The notes: generated by a model not told the origin, from the letters alone. Positions 36,655 through 46,336 are shown, counted from the first letter of the stretch. The stretch: DNA of 64,000 bases from an uncultured virus (IMG/VR IMGVR_UViG_3300025844_000001) (IMGVR_UViG_3300025844_000001), one strand, 5' to 3'. A program made the numbers and translations.

Positions 36655-36660
36655 ATTGTT

Positions 36661-36735
36661 TGGTGAGATTCTCTAGGCTTTTACTAGATACTTAAAATAG
36701 GCGTCTCCTACCCATATATGCTTGAGTTGTCTCCC
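36661..36735 (-). ncRNA. degenerate tRNA-like CCA-ended RNA
   Basis: GAGA/UCUC-A-CCA, 5-bp/7-nt T-sized hairpin lacking TTC. Confidence 0.35.
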
Positions 36736-36857
36736 GACTAACGGCTTTCCATCCGAGCTTTAATTCCAAAGCTATATGTATCTACCTAGTAGAGATAGTG
36801 GTTTTCCGTACCATCTACATTAAACGGCCTAGTTATTTGATACTAGGAAACTGGATT

Positions 36858-36931
36858 TGGTACTCAGTGCTAGAGTTGAACTAGCATCAATCGCTTATCA
36901 AGCGAACGTTCTACCATTGAACTAACCGAGC
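36858..36931 (-). tRNA. tRNA-Ile (GAT)
   Basis: Cloverleaf, CCA. Confidence 0.9.
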
Positions 36932-36998
36932 ATTGTTTTCTTAATTTCTAAAATCTATTTTACAGGTTTTTAAGCTGTTTAGCAAGAAGTTTATTAAA

Positions 36999-37211
36999 CT
37001 ATATAAAGCCGTACTGACACTCAGTAGCTAGAACTACTCTACCATCATCTAACTGGATTATAGCTAAATAAGGCTCGGATATATCATCACGAATCATAGT
37101 ACCTAGATAAGCTGTGTCAGTATTGTAATTAAAGTACACATTAACACGTCTACCTACATCTTTATCTTGCTTAGGATATAATTTACCACTTATGTATGCG
37201 GATACGCCCAT
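36999..37211 (-). CDS. hypothetical protein
   Basis: AAAGGA RBS; IIQLDDGRVVLATECQY. Confidence 0.75.
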   Translation of the reverse strand: MGVSAYISGKLYPKQDKDVGRRVNVYFNYNTDTAYLGTMIRDDISEPYLAIIQLDDGRVVLATECQYGFI

Positions 37212-37233
37212 ATACTGTTCCTTTATATTAATT

Positions 37234-37310
37234 TGGCAGAGGATACTGGATTTGAACCAGTGGTCACGGCTTCAAAGGCCGCTGCATTAACCAGACTATG
37301 CTAATCCCCA
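37234..37310 (-). tRNA. tRNA-Gln (TTG)
   Basis: G73, CCA. Confidence 0.9.
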
Positions 37311-37320
37311 ATTGTTTGTT

Positions 37321-37409
37321 TGGTATACCCTGAGGGATTTGAACCCACCGACTTCCAGACCCTCAGTTTAACGTCGTCCGCTTAGAAGGCGGGTAAGGGA
37401 ACAGGGTAC
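37321..37409 (-). tRNA. atypical D-armless tRNA-Arg (TCT)
   Basis: Acceptor, anticodon loop CTTCTAA and T arm; no D arm; long variable region. Confidence 0.7.
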
Positions 37410-37413
37410 ATTA

Positions 37414-37695
37414 TTAATCCTTAAAATTTAATGCGTCTAGTGATGTTATAATACCGTTATCTTTTAAATACCAGTACATATATCTTTGTACTGTACTTAG
37501 CTCACCTAAGCAGCTAGCTAAAGCTAATTCTTTTACCATTTCATCTACTACAGTATAGCTTAGGTGTGTAAAATAGCTAGGTGGTTTAGTTAAATAGCAA
37601 GTATTATGCGGGTCTGTTTCTCCAATAGTGTGTCCCATAGTGGTATACGCTCTTTGGATAGAGACCTTTTCGTCTAGTGTTAAATTTTTTGGCAT
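37414..37695 (-). CDS. hypothetical protein
   Basis: AGGGGT RBS. Confidence 0.7.
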   Translation of the reverse strand: MPKNLTLDEKVSIQRAYTTMGHTIGETDPHNTCYLTKPPSYFTHLSYTVVDEMVKELALASCLGELSTVQRYMYWYLKDNGIITSLDALNFKD

Positions 37696-37713
37696 AAATA
37701 CCCCTATATTAAA

Positions 37714-37805
37714 TGGTACGAGTAATGAGATTCGAACTCATAAGCCACATCAAAGGGCTATGGGATTTTAAGTCCCACGTGTACTTCCATTACCACCATA
37801 CTCGC
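37714..37805 (-). tRNA. tRNA-Leu (TAA)
   Basis: Long variable arm, CCA. Confidence 0.92.
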
Positions 37806-38167
37806 ATTAAAATCTCTTTGATACAATAAACTATATTGGATTATATTTCCCGATCTGGTACTCTATAACACCATCTCTGCAACATATTTAAGCTAAGTTA
37901 CGGCCAAGTAACTACGAGCGACCATCTTCGTATCGACCCTATTTGGGTTGCTTTATTTTGGCATCAGTCGTACAGCTAATTTATTGTTCAAAGAAATCTT
38001 TCCCGATTTCTTAAATATATTATACGTTATTTTCACTATTTAGTAAAGAACGTTTTTAACTTTATTTGATTGCAACCCACTAAATTAAAACGATAAGGTT
38101 TAGTGGGTTACTTTTCAAATCTAGGAATATATTATAAAACAATATTGGTTCCCTGTAAAGCAAATTT

Positions 38168-38398
38168 TTAATTTTCTTTTACAAAGTGATCGTAAAAGTA
38201 TTTAACACAGAATTGTCTATCTAAAGAGTTATACCAAATATAGTGGTCTGGTAGCTCTCTAGCTGCTTCTGTAATCTCCTTAGGTAATATATTATATAAC
38301 CCTTGTCCTACCCGATAACTAGGCTCTAGAGCTACTAGCTCATTAACAGCTTTTACTTCAAAAACTGCCTCAGCAGGTGTAAAAATCCTACAAGTCAT
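38168..38398 (-). CDS. hypothetical protein
   Basis: YRVGQGLYN motif; RBS. Confidence 0.7.
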   Translation of the reverse strand: MTCRIFTPAEAVFEVKAVNELVALEPSYRVGQGLYNILPKEITEAARELPDHYIWYNSLDRQFCVKYFYDHFVKEN

Positions 38399-38406
38399 AT
38401 ATTTTC

Positions 38407-38703
38407 CTACAAGTTAAAGAATTTAATAGCTTGTTCTCTAGTAATAAGAACACAACCTTCCTCGTCACTACAGATAGCCATTTTACCATTAAAAGATGTA
38501 ACCTCTACTTCCATAGTACCTTCTGCTACTAGCTTAGTTGCAGTGAAGTCATTAGATATACACCCAAAAACAGGAGCATAAGAAGCTGGTACATCTGATT
38601 GCTCATAATGTGAAGCATTACAATGCCCACATTCAAAGGTAGTGTCGTACATACCAGATTCTACTATCTTCCACTTATGTGGAAAATTGTTGGTTTTAGT
38701 CAT
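38407..38703 (-). CDS. hypothetical protein
   Basis: Promoter plus RBS. Confidence 0.7.
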   Translation of the reverse strand: MTKTNNFPHKWKIVESGMYDTTFECGHCNASHYEQSDVPASYAPVFGCISNDFTATKLVAEGTMEVEVTSFNGKMAICSDEEGCVLITREQAIKFFNL

Positions 38704-38776
38704 TAGCTTATTCCTTTCTCAATTCAATAAAGCTATTATACGCTAGATTGAGCGGTTAGTAAAGATAGTTTTTAAC

Positions 38777-39028
38777 TTATTTTGCTAAACCCTGTATATA
38801 AGCAGCTAACTCCCTAGCACCACCAATAAATTCATTATCTATTAGTACAACAGGTACTGTTCTAATAGGTTGTTCTAGTAAATCCTCTAAGCCTTCAATA
38901 TCCCAGTCGCCTTTACTAATATCTTTGTACTCAAAATCTAATCCAGCCTTATCTGCCATTTTCTTTGCTTGTATACAGAAATGACATACAGGGGCTGAGC
39001 GTCCATAAATTACTACTTGTGCTGTCAT
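38777..39028 (-). CDS. glutaredoxin
   Basis: CHFC, TVP, FIGG. Confidence 0.9.
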   Translation of the reverse strand: MTAQVVIYGRSAPVCHFCIQAKKMADKAGLDFEYKDISKGDWDIEGLEDLLEQPIRTVPVVLIDNEFIGGARELAAYIQGLAK

Positions 39029-39065
39029 ATGTTCTCCTATTGAACTTCATGTTATACTCTAGTAA

Positions 39066-39188
39066 TTAAAGTATAATAGGAGGTTCAATATCGTAATCAT
39101 TAACTGATAGTTTCTGTCGAGTATAATCTTTTGCAGAAGCATGAGTAGATGCTCTGTTGTAGTTGTGTTTTGCTACAAAGTTGTTCAT
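39066..39188 (-). CDS. small conserved phage protein (40 aa)
   Basis: Read manually: MNNFVAKHNYNRASTH; GGAG RBS. Confidence 0.65.
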   Translation of the reverse strand: MNNFVAKHNYNRASTHASAKDYTRQKLSVNDYDIEPPIIL

Positions 39189-39269
39189 TTTGTTCTCCGT
39201 TTATGAAAATAAGTTGCCCTAAATTGGATATATAGTATACCTGCATTAGAGCAACTTGTCAATAAAATT

Positions 39270-40178
39270 TTAATCTAAGATTGTAACTTTAGGCATAAAT
39301 CCTGGCATTTCCTGGTCTCTACCACCATTAAATACGTAACCACGTCCATTCATTATTAAACGACAACCATTTAAATGAATATCCATACGATTATGTGTAT
39401 GACCACAACCCCAAAGGTACACGTCACTCATTATAAATTCTAGATTTGAGTAGTAGCCTTTATCTAACATATTACCGCTATGTTTTGGGCTTAGACATAC
39501 TTTACTAGGAGTATGATGTGTAAATACTATTAGTGGCTTATTTATAGCCTTAGCTTCCAGTACTGCTGCCTCTAAGTAGTATAGACTTTGTATATGCCAG
39601 AAAGTAGTTAACTTTGTACAGATTGTTTTAGGTCGTGCACAAATACCGTTTACATAGCCTATCTTAGTAGCTGGGCTACCTTGTGCCCAAGACATAGGAT
39701 CTTCTAGTCTAAAGTCCATTAATCTTTCGTAGAAGTCATCTTCTCTAGGGTCGAATGCTTGGATTGATCTAATCTTGTAGTAATCATTCATACCATACTG
39801 GATATACGCTTGATCTTCTGGTGTATCAATATTAGTCCATAGAGTACAGCCTGCGAATAGGAAATTATCTGTTTCGTAGAATGTTGTACCATCTAAGAAT
39901 ACAAATGAATCCTCTGGTTGCTCTTTAGCAAAAGCTCTCCATCTACAGTCAATATCTTCTACTGTTTTATTGTAGTATTCATGGTTACCAGTTGTCATGA
40001 AGATTGTCTTATACTTCTTAGAAGCAATAAGTTCCTCAATAAAAGGGCGGTGTTGCATACCTACGCCGATATCACCACATAAGGCTAGGTACGTTGCATC
40101 TGGCCATGTGCTAATATCGATTCTAGTACCGAACTCTAAGTGCAAATCCGATACCTGTACTAGTGTTTCTTTATTCAT
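39270..40178 (-). CDS. metallophosphoesterase
   Basis: SDLHLE, GDI, GNHEYY, THH.P, GHTH. Confidence 0.9.
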   Translation of the reverse strand: MNKETLVQVSDLHLEFGTRIDISTWPDATYLALCGDIGVGMQHRPFIEELIASKKYKTIFMTTGNHEYYNKTVEDIDCRWRAFAKEQPEDSFVFLDGTTFYETDNFLFAGCTLWTNIDTPEDQAYIQYGMNDYYKIRSIQAFDPREDDFYERLMDFRLEDPMSWAQGSPATKIGYVNGICARPKTICTKLTTFWHIQSLYYLEAAVLEAKAINKPLIVFTHHTPSKVCLSPKHSGNMLDKGYYSNLEFIMSDVYLWGCGHTHNRMDIHLNGCRLIMNGRGYVFNGGRDQEMPGFMPKVTILD

Positions 40179-40500
40179 CTTTTAATACCTTCTCTGCATT
40201 ATTATATAATTTGAGTTGTTTAGCTTGTCTTATTAAGCTCATTTCTTTTTCGTATAATTTGTCTACTGCGTTATATACTTTGGTAAGTTGGTAAGTGCTT
40301 AAATGTGAACATATATTACCTTCATTTAGAAATATACGTATATTGTATTTACTATACTTTACTATACTTAGTCTACCTAACTTAGTATTAACTACTAATC
40401 CTGATCTATCTAGTTCTATAGGTGCAACAACTTTCCCTGCATAAATAAGACTTAGTAGCTTTTTTGTATGTTTATGTAAGAAAGGATTGAATTTCCACAT
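40171..40500 (-). CDS. hypothetical protein
   Basis: Coupled ORF. Confidence 0.65.
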   Translation of the reverse strand: MWKFNPFLHKHTKKLLSLIYAGKVVAPIELDRSGLVVNTKLGRLSIVKYSKYNIRIFLNEGNICSHLSTYQLTKVYNAVDKLYEKEMSLIRQAKQLKLYNNAEKVLKDE

Positions 40501-40502
40501 AA

Positions 40503-40964
40503 CTAAACTCCGTAATTATCTAGTTCTTCATTACAAATAGCATCAGCTTTATCATTACCTGTATTTCCTGAATGTCCTTTTACTTTCTTAACTAGTAAGT
40601 TAGCTGGTACTTTCTTCATTAACTCATAAATCTGCTTCCACTGTTCTTGATTTTTAACATCACCACCAGCAGCAGTTTTCCAATCTCTACGAACCCAGCC
40701 AGCTAACCAACTACTACATCCGTTTTGGACGTATGCGGAGTCTGTTAGTATTACTGCATTACTAGCTACATCTGCGTGTCTAGAGCACCAGTCCAAGGCT
40801 TCAATTACCCCTTGTAACTCTGCTTGGTTATTAGTGCCAATAGATAATACTCCAGATTTCTTTCCTTTGTATTCCCCATTTATATATACGGCCATAGCCC
40901 AAGAGGCAGGTGCTGGGATAGAAGGATTACCTCTTCTAGCACCATCCGTGTAAACTTCAATCAT
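40503..40964 (-). CDS. rnh: ribonuclease HI
   Basis: YTDGA, TNNQAEL, TDSAYV, VKGHSG..ND.AD. Confidence 0.95.
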   Translation of the reverse strand: MIEVYTDGARRGNPSIPAPASWAMAVYINGEYKGKKSGVLSIGTNNQAELQGVIEALDWCSRHADVASNAVILTDSAYVQNGCSSWLAGWVRRDWKTAAGGDVKNQEQWKQIYELMKKVPANLLVKKVKGHSGNTGNDKADAICNEELDNYGV

Positions 40965-41646
40965 ATATTATCTCCTGTAAATTATATAATATGTTATTTA
41001 TCTCTAGCATTAAACTATTTTCTTCTATATCAAAAAACTCAGTTATACCATTGTTTACATTATAATTTCTAACTCTGTATTTTTCTAACTTAGTATGGCA
41101 TTCTTTTTCTATAACTAAAGCAGTTCCTTTTGTTATATAAGCTTTAAGTAATACCATTGATTTTGATATATTATTTATTCGTGATTTTAAGGTAGAAGTA
41201 GAATAGGTTATACCTATTTTTATTAACCCATTATCCGTATCTTTTGCTATATACAAAATATCTTGACTAGGTTTACAAGTAGTACAAGTAAACCCATGAC
41301 TTAAAATACTATGAGGTACTATACTACCATTTGTTTTACACTTATTACATGTATAAGGCACTTTAATATGCGCCCCCTCATATCTATATAGTGTTATATC
41401 TATACCTTTATTATTTACTTCTTCGTTTATCTGTTTTAGAGTTTTCTTTACATTATTTGCACACTTAGGACAGCCGTACCCAGATAGTAAATCATTTGGT
41501 CTAGATTCCCAAGAGTGTGAGTCTAATGAACATTTAACTAGTATTTTTGTTTTATTATTGATATATTGTGTACCTAATACTAGGATATTTGGATGTTTAA
41601 CTAGACATTGTCTTTTAAATTCTTCTAATGTCTTTCTTTTAGTCAC
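40957..41646 (-). CDS. putative free-standing homing endonuclease (Zn ribbons plus GIY-YIG/T5orf172-like)
   Basis: GCPKC repeats; LY..KIGIT..IEK..H..GITEFF. Confidence 0.75.
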   Translation of the reverse strand: MTKRKTLEEFKRQCLVKHPNILVLGTQYINNKTKILVKCSLDSHSWESRPNDLLSGYGCPKCANNVKKTLKQINEEVNNKGIDITLYRYEGAHIKVPYTCNKCKTNGSIVPHSILSHGFTCTTCKPSQDILYIAKDTDNGLIKIGITYSTSTLKSRINNISKSMVLLKAYITKGTALVIEKECHTKLEKYRVRNYNVNNGITEFFDIEENSLMLEINNILYNLQEIIYD

Positions 41647-41795
41647 TACTTATCCTCTAGCCAAGTTAGAAATTCTTCGTATAACTCATACTCTGATAAG
41701 TCAGCAGCACATAATGTTTCTTCCATTTCACCTCGGAACTCGTCAAATAATGAGTGTTCACGGAAGTTGCGCAGGTTTAATACTACATTAAGCAT
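41643..41795 (-). CDS. small acidic protein (~50 aa)
   Basis: Read manually: MLNVVLNLRNF..; coupled both sides. Confidence 0.55.
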
Positions 41796-42471
41796 TTACT
41801 TTCTCCTTTACTTCTTTTAGGTAGGCTCTAGCATCATTTAACATGCTTAGTTGCTTTAAGCAATCATACTCAGCATTATGTAAAGCTTCACATGTGTGTC
41901 CTAGGTGACTGTACTCACCACGCAATACTTTGGCAGTAAAGTTAGACCCTGCTGCTCGCCTATCAAAACCTAAATATGTAGCGATTTTAAGTATCTCTCT
42001 ATAATCAGTATTCTCAAAATAAGTCCAAGGTAAAGGCTGACTAGAGTATTTAGCAAATAAACGTATTACTTTAGAGTTATCTGCAATTAAGTTATTACCT
42101 AGAACATTTACTTCTAAGAATGGCTGCTCTGCCAATTGTCTAGCATTATAGATAGCATCTACTATTGATACTAGAACACTATCAATACTATTAGTTTGCT
42201 CTACTGTTCTAGCCATTTCTGCCCCAAATAATGGCTGCTTAGTCCAGAACTCTAGCATACAGTCTCTGCCAAATTTAGCACCTGAGTTCAGTTGTTCTTG
42301 GAAACTTACTGCGAAGTTATCACTAGATACAATTTCCCCGTTTAATTGGATTACCATACCAATAGAGCTTACTATTGGAAAAGCATCTTGACCAGGAAAA
42401 TCCTTGACCATATCTGTTTCTGTTCCAAAAAACTCTAAGTCTAACATAATATCTAATACATCTTTACTCAT
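41788..42471 (-). CDS. DEDDh 3'-5' exonuclease
   Basis: MLDLE, PW.YF..DYR, HNAEYDC. Confidence 0.8.
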   Translation of the reverse strand: MSKDVLDIMLDLEFFGTETDMVKDFPGQDAFPIVSSIGMVIQLNGEIVSSDNFAVSFQEQLNSGAKFGRDCMLEFWTKQPLFGAEMARTVEQTNSIDSVLVSIVDAIYNARQLAEQPFLEVNVLGNNLIADNSKVIRLFAKYSSQPLPWTYFENTDYREILKIATYLGFDRRAAGSNFTAKVLRGEYSHLGHTCEALHNAEYDCLKQLSMLNDARAYLKEVKEKVNA

Positions 42472-42544
42472 GATTACTTTCCTCTATTAATTTAATATGT
42501 TTATTATAGCAAAAAGCCCCTCTCTATGGAAGGGCTTTTTTAAT

Positions 42545-43078
42545 TTAATTAGTAAGTGTTATTAGTTTAATATTTTCTCTGTATTTACCTGCGGTACATA
42601 GGTTAAACATCTTACTTAAATCTACTAGTTTGTATTGTAGATTATCTACTGTGTTAATATATTTGCTTCTAGATACATCTAGGATTATAGTGTGGAATGT
42701 TTCTTCCATAGATAGCTTTCTACCTCGTAGTATATCAAGGTCATTTAGTAGATTTGCTAGATTTATAGAGATATTCCCTATAGCTATTTGCTTCTTATGG
42801 AAATCTAATGTAAAACCCGAGTCTGATATACACAAAACACCAGCAGCATTAAAGGATAGTAATTCAGTAGAAGTACCAATACGTCGAGTAACTGTTAATT
42901 CCTCTATGTATGATTCTCTGCGGGATATAGCTCTATAAAGTCTATATTTTAATCTATTTCTTTCTTCCTCTGCTACTAGTCTTAGTTTATTAGTTTCAGC
43001 AGTTATCTCGTCCTTAATGGTATTAAGGAGTTTCTCTTGTGCTGCTAGTGCTATCTCTAATTGTTCTATTCTTGACAT
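42545..43078 (-). CDS. hypothetical protein
   Basis: AAGGAG RBS. Confidence 0.7.
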   Translation of the reverse strand: MSRIEQLEIALAAQEKLLNTIKDEITAETNKLRLVAEEERNRLKYRLYRAISRRESYIEELTVTRRIGTSTELLSFNAAGVLCISDSGFTLDFHKKQIAIGNISINLANLLNDLDILRGRKLSMEETFHTIILDVSRSKYINTVDNLQYKLVDLSKMFNLCTAGKYRENIKLITLTN

Positions 43079-43087
43079 ATGTACTCC

Positions 43088-43963
43088 TTATGCTGACATG
43101 TTAGCTTTTATAGCTAGGTGGCTTTCATAGCCTTTTAATATAAACTCATTAGGTTCGCAGTAAAGTAGCTCCTCCAATGATGTGAACTTTGGTAGTACTA
43201 ATGTTGGTAGTTCTAGGCAATTTCTAGATAACTGCTCTTTAACCTGGTCTCTATGGTCATTATAGATGTGTACATTAGTTAAGTCACCAACTAACTTTCT
43301 AGGAGTTAAACCTAGTAGTTGTGCAAATATATGTTGTAATAATGCATAACTAGCGATATTGAATGGTAGTCCTAGAAATACGTCTACGGAACGTTGATGC
43401 CATTTCATATCTAAGAAGCCATTATCAATATACAGTTCAAATGCCCAGTGGCATGGTGGTAATGAAGATACAGCTAATGCATTGGGATTCCAAGCCGATA
43501 CTAATAGTCTACGGGAGTCTGGGTTGTCTCTAGCTTCTTTTAGAAGTTCTACAATCTGGTCAACCTTATCTCCTACTGCCTCTAAGTTACCATGATCAGT
43601 AATCTTATAATTAGCAAAAGCTCTCCACTGTCTACCATATACTGCGCCTAAGTCACCTCCAGTCAAACCTAAATCAACTGCTTGCTTATTGTAGTTAGCG
43701 TCCCAGATAGTTTGTTTACGACCTAATACTCCATGGGTTAGTCTACGTAAATCATCTACGTTACTAGAACCTGATAAGAACCACATTAACTCTGCACGTA
43801 CAGCATTCCAAGCTAGTTTCTTAGTAGTGCATGCTGGAAATCCATCACGTAGGTCAAATTCTATTCTATAATCAAAAATAGATAATGTACCTGTTCCAGT
43901 TCTATCTCCTCTGATAGTACCCTCATTACATATTGTTTTTAATAGTTGTTTATATTGAATCAT
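43088..43963 (-). CDS. thyA: thymidylate synthase
   Basis: DRTGTGT, LPPCH, QRSVDVFLGLPFNIASY, HIY. Confidence 0.97.
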   Translation of the reverse strand: MIQYKQLLKTICNEGTIRGDRTGTGTLSIFDYRIEFDLRDGFPACTTKKLAWNAVRAELMWFLSGSSNVDDLRRLTHGVLGRKQTIWDANYNKQAVDLGLTGGDLGAVYGRQWRAFANYKITDHGNLEAVGDKVDQIVELLKEARDNPDSRRLLVSAWNPNALAVSSLPPCHWAFELYIDNGFLDMKWHQRSVDVFLGLPFNIASYALLQHIFAQLLGLTPRKLVGDLTNVHIYNDHRDQVKEQLSRNCLELPTLVLPKFTSLEELLYCEPNEFILKGYESHLAIKANMSA

Positions 43964-44549
43964 GTTTTGAAGCCACCTTTAGTATGTATCCGTCTTTAAT
44001 TTCTTTGACTAATGCCTGTGGACAAGTATCTAGGATTAGTTGAGTATATGGGTTTATTGTATGTGTTGCTTTGGCTTTATCTCTACCTTTAAGAATAGTA
44101 ACGTAAGATACATCGCTTATATTCATCATATTCGATAAGAATCTAGGGCTACCTAGATAGAGTATATTACTTACAGTATTAGTATCTAAGAATAAACCAA
44201 TACCATTTAATATTTCGTGTTTGAATATCTTAGCGTGGTTAGAAACTTCTGGTAGCCTAAACTTATAATGCCCTTTCGGGGTAAAATTACGTATATCAGT
44301 ACTTAGCAATACTACCTTATAATTTAATTCTTCTAGTAAATCAAACATAGACCTTGGTAGTAACTTAGCAGTTCCTAAAGTAAGTAATACTACATTAGTA
44401 CCTACTTCAGAGTTAGCAATAGATCTGATTGTTTCTTTTAGGAACGCCATATCCTCTGCATTTCGTTCCCATGGTAGATTATAGTTTTGTTCATCATCTA
44501 CACCCATAACTCCTTCAGGAGTCATAGCAAATATTGTTGTTATCTTCAT
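43950..44549 (-). CDS. frd: dihydrofolate reductase (divergent)
   Basis: IFAM..GVMG..LPW..EDMAF; upstream of thyA. Confidence 0.65.
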   Translation of the reverse strand: MKITTIFAMTPEGVMGVDDEQNYNLPWERNAEDMAFLKETIRSIANSEVGTNVVLLTLGTAKLLPRSMFDLLEELNYKVVLLSTDIRNFTPKGHYKFRLPEVSNHAKIFKHEILNGIGLFLDTNTVSNILYLGSPRFLSNMMNISDVSYVTILKGRDKAKATHTINPYTQLILDTCPQALVKEIKDGYILKVASKHDSI

Positions 44550-45232
44550 TTATTTGCCTCATATACCGCTCGTGCAAAACCTCTAGGAGTTGCTGAGCGA
44601 ATGTTCTTAGTTTTCTTACTTCGTCCACCACAGCGATTATTAAAACTAGTTGAGTCTAGCACATCACCTACTGGTTTCTTTTCTGGCATTATAAATCCGT
44701 TACCAGTCCATAGGCAGGTTTTCTTAGGATATGCGTCTCTAGGAGGGAACTTGTCTGGATAAATTGGGTGTTCATCATCTTCGGGCAAGTATCCGCCATA
44801 CTCATAAGGGCTAAATATATAATTAGGCTTACGCCATTTAGTAGAAATAACACTTACAGGATTTTCTAGGAAGTAAGGAGCATTTGATTCTTCACCTACA
44901 TCGCGGCATAAATATACTAGGTTCATTGCTTTTTCTTGAAACTCTGGATCTTTCTCCCTTTTTCTAGCAAAATGGGCTGCTCCAGATACAGCTAAATCTG
45001 TACATTCAGGAAAACCAAATACAATCTTAACTTCATCTTTATTAATCTGTTCCCATACATTATTAGTTGATGTTAGCCAACCACCTACTTTTATAATATT
45101 GGGGCGTTCTTTATCAACAGTAAAACCTTTTGGGTGTTGTGCATCAAAGATAAAGCAGGTATAACCTGCCTTAGCCCAAGGCTCAACCATGATACCTGTT
45201 AAATCACATAAACTTACTATAATATTTCTCAT
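44546..45232 (-). CDS. DNA cytosine methyltransferase-like protein
   Basis: FPECTDL catalytic Cys, ENP, KKTCLW, RSATPRGFA. Confidence 0.8.
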   Translation of the reverse strand: MRNIIVSLCDLTGIMVEPWAKAGYTCFIFDAQHPKGFTVDKERPNIIKVGGWLTSTNNVWEQINKDEVKIVFGFPECTDLAVSGAAHFARKREKDPEFQEKAMNLVYLCRDVGEESNAPYFLENPVSVISTKWRKPNYIFSPYEYGGYLPEDDEHPIYPDKFPPRDAYPKKTCLWTGNGFIMPEKKPVGDVLDSTSFNNRCGGRSKKTKNIRSATPRGFARAVYEANK

Positions 45233-45241
45233 TATTAACCC

Positions 45242-46336
45242 CTAACAATCAAAGTCATTGAAGTTAATACCTGTAATATCAATACCTGCTGTAATATAAC
45301 TAGTAACTTCAGTTTCCTGAGGTGCTACTTGTCTATCATCTGTTTTTAACCAGTTATTCATCCAAGGTAAAGGGTTTTTAGTAATGGTTCTTTCTTCTGC
45401 CATTAAACCTACAGTGCGCATACGTTGGTTTGCAATATAGTCAATATAGTTATTGATAATCTTTTCGTTTAAACCAACAACAGCACCTAGAGACATTAAA
45501 TATACTCCCCAGTCTTTTTCTTCTCGCTTTGCAGTTTCAAAGATATAAACAGCTTCGTCATGGCATTCATCAGCAATACGTTTCCATTCTGCTCCACCAT
45601 CACCACGTTGCCAGTGTCTAATAGTCCACTGAGTACCTTTTAAATGTAGTGCTTCGTCTCTAGCGATAAGAGCGATAGTTTTAGCTACACCTTCCATAAT
45701 TTTGCGCTCACCGAATGAGAATGTAATAGCAAAGGATACATAGAAACGAATAGCTTCCAGTGCATTTACAGCGTGCATACATAAGTATAGCGCTTTTTTA
45801 TGAGCATATTCATTGTATCCTGCTGTACGTAGCTCTCTCATACAGTTAAAACGGATTAAGTCATCGTAATAACCACCAATAGAGGTAGCTCGCTTCATGA
45901 TTTCTTCTGTATCAATAATACTATCGAATACTTCTGTAGCAGTAGTTGGTAGTACTGTACGTAAAATATGGGTATAGCTTTCTGAGTGAATAGTCTCACT
46001 AAACGCCCAAGTTTCAATCCAACGCTCATATCCAGGGTCTGAACAGATAGGTAAGAACGCCATAGTTGGCGCTCTACCCTGTACAGAATCTAGTAAGGAT
46101 TGGTATTTTAAGTTGGCTAAAAACATAAAGGACTCATGTGGTTTTAGTTCTGCATAATCTATTACATCCTTCATTAAGTTTACTTCCGAGGGGCGCCAAA
46201 AGAAACCTAATTGCTTGTTAGTTAGCTCCTCAATCACTTTGTGTCTTACTGTTTCTGTGCGGGCCACGTTTAACTCCTCACCAAAAAAGATTGGTTGAGC
46301 TAAGTGGTCTACTTTACTTTTATTAAATACTGTCAC
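45242..46336 (-). CDS. nrdB: class Ia ribonucleotide reductase beta subunit
   Basis: FFWRPSEV, DSVQGR, ETIHS, EAIRFYVSF, RDEALH; likely GTG start. Confidence 0.96.
   Translation of the reverse strand: MTVFNKSKVDHLAQPIFFGEELNVARTETVRHKVIEELTNKQLGFFWRPSEVNLMKDVIDYAELKPHESFMFLANLKYQSLLDSVQGRAPTMAFLPICSDPGYERWIETWAFSETIHSESYTHILRTVLPTTATEVFDSIIDTEEIMKRATSIGGYYDDLIRFNCMRELRTAGYNEYAHKKALYLCMHAVNALEAIRFYVSFAITFSFGERKIMEGVAKTIALIARDEALHLKGTQWTIRHWQRGDGGAEWKRIADECHDEAVYIFETAKREEKDWGVYLMSLGAVVGLNEKIINNYIDYIANQRMRTVGLMAEERTITKNPLPWMNNWLKTDDRQVAPQETEVTSYITAGIDITGINFNDFDC

Noticed and set aside
37900..37975. Hammerhead ribozyme (CUGAUG..CGAA)
   Set aside because: Core reads CUGAUGC and GAAG, not CUGAnGA and GAAA
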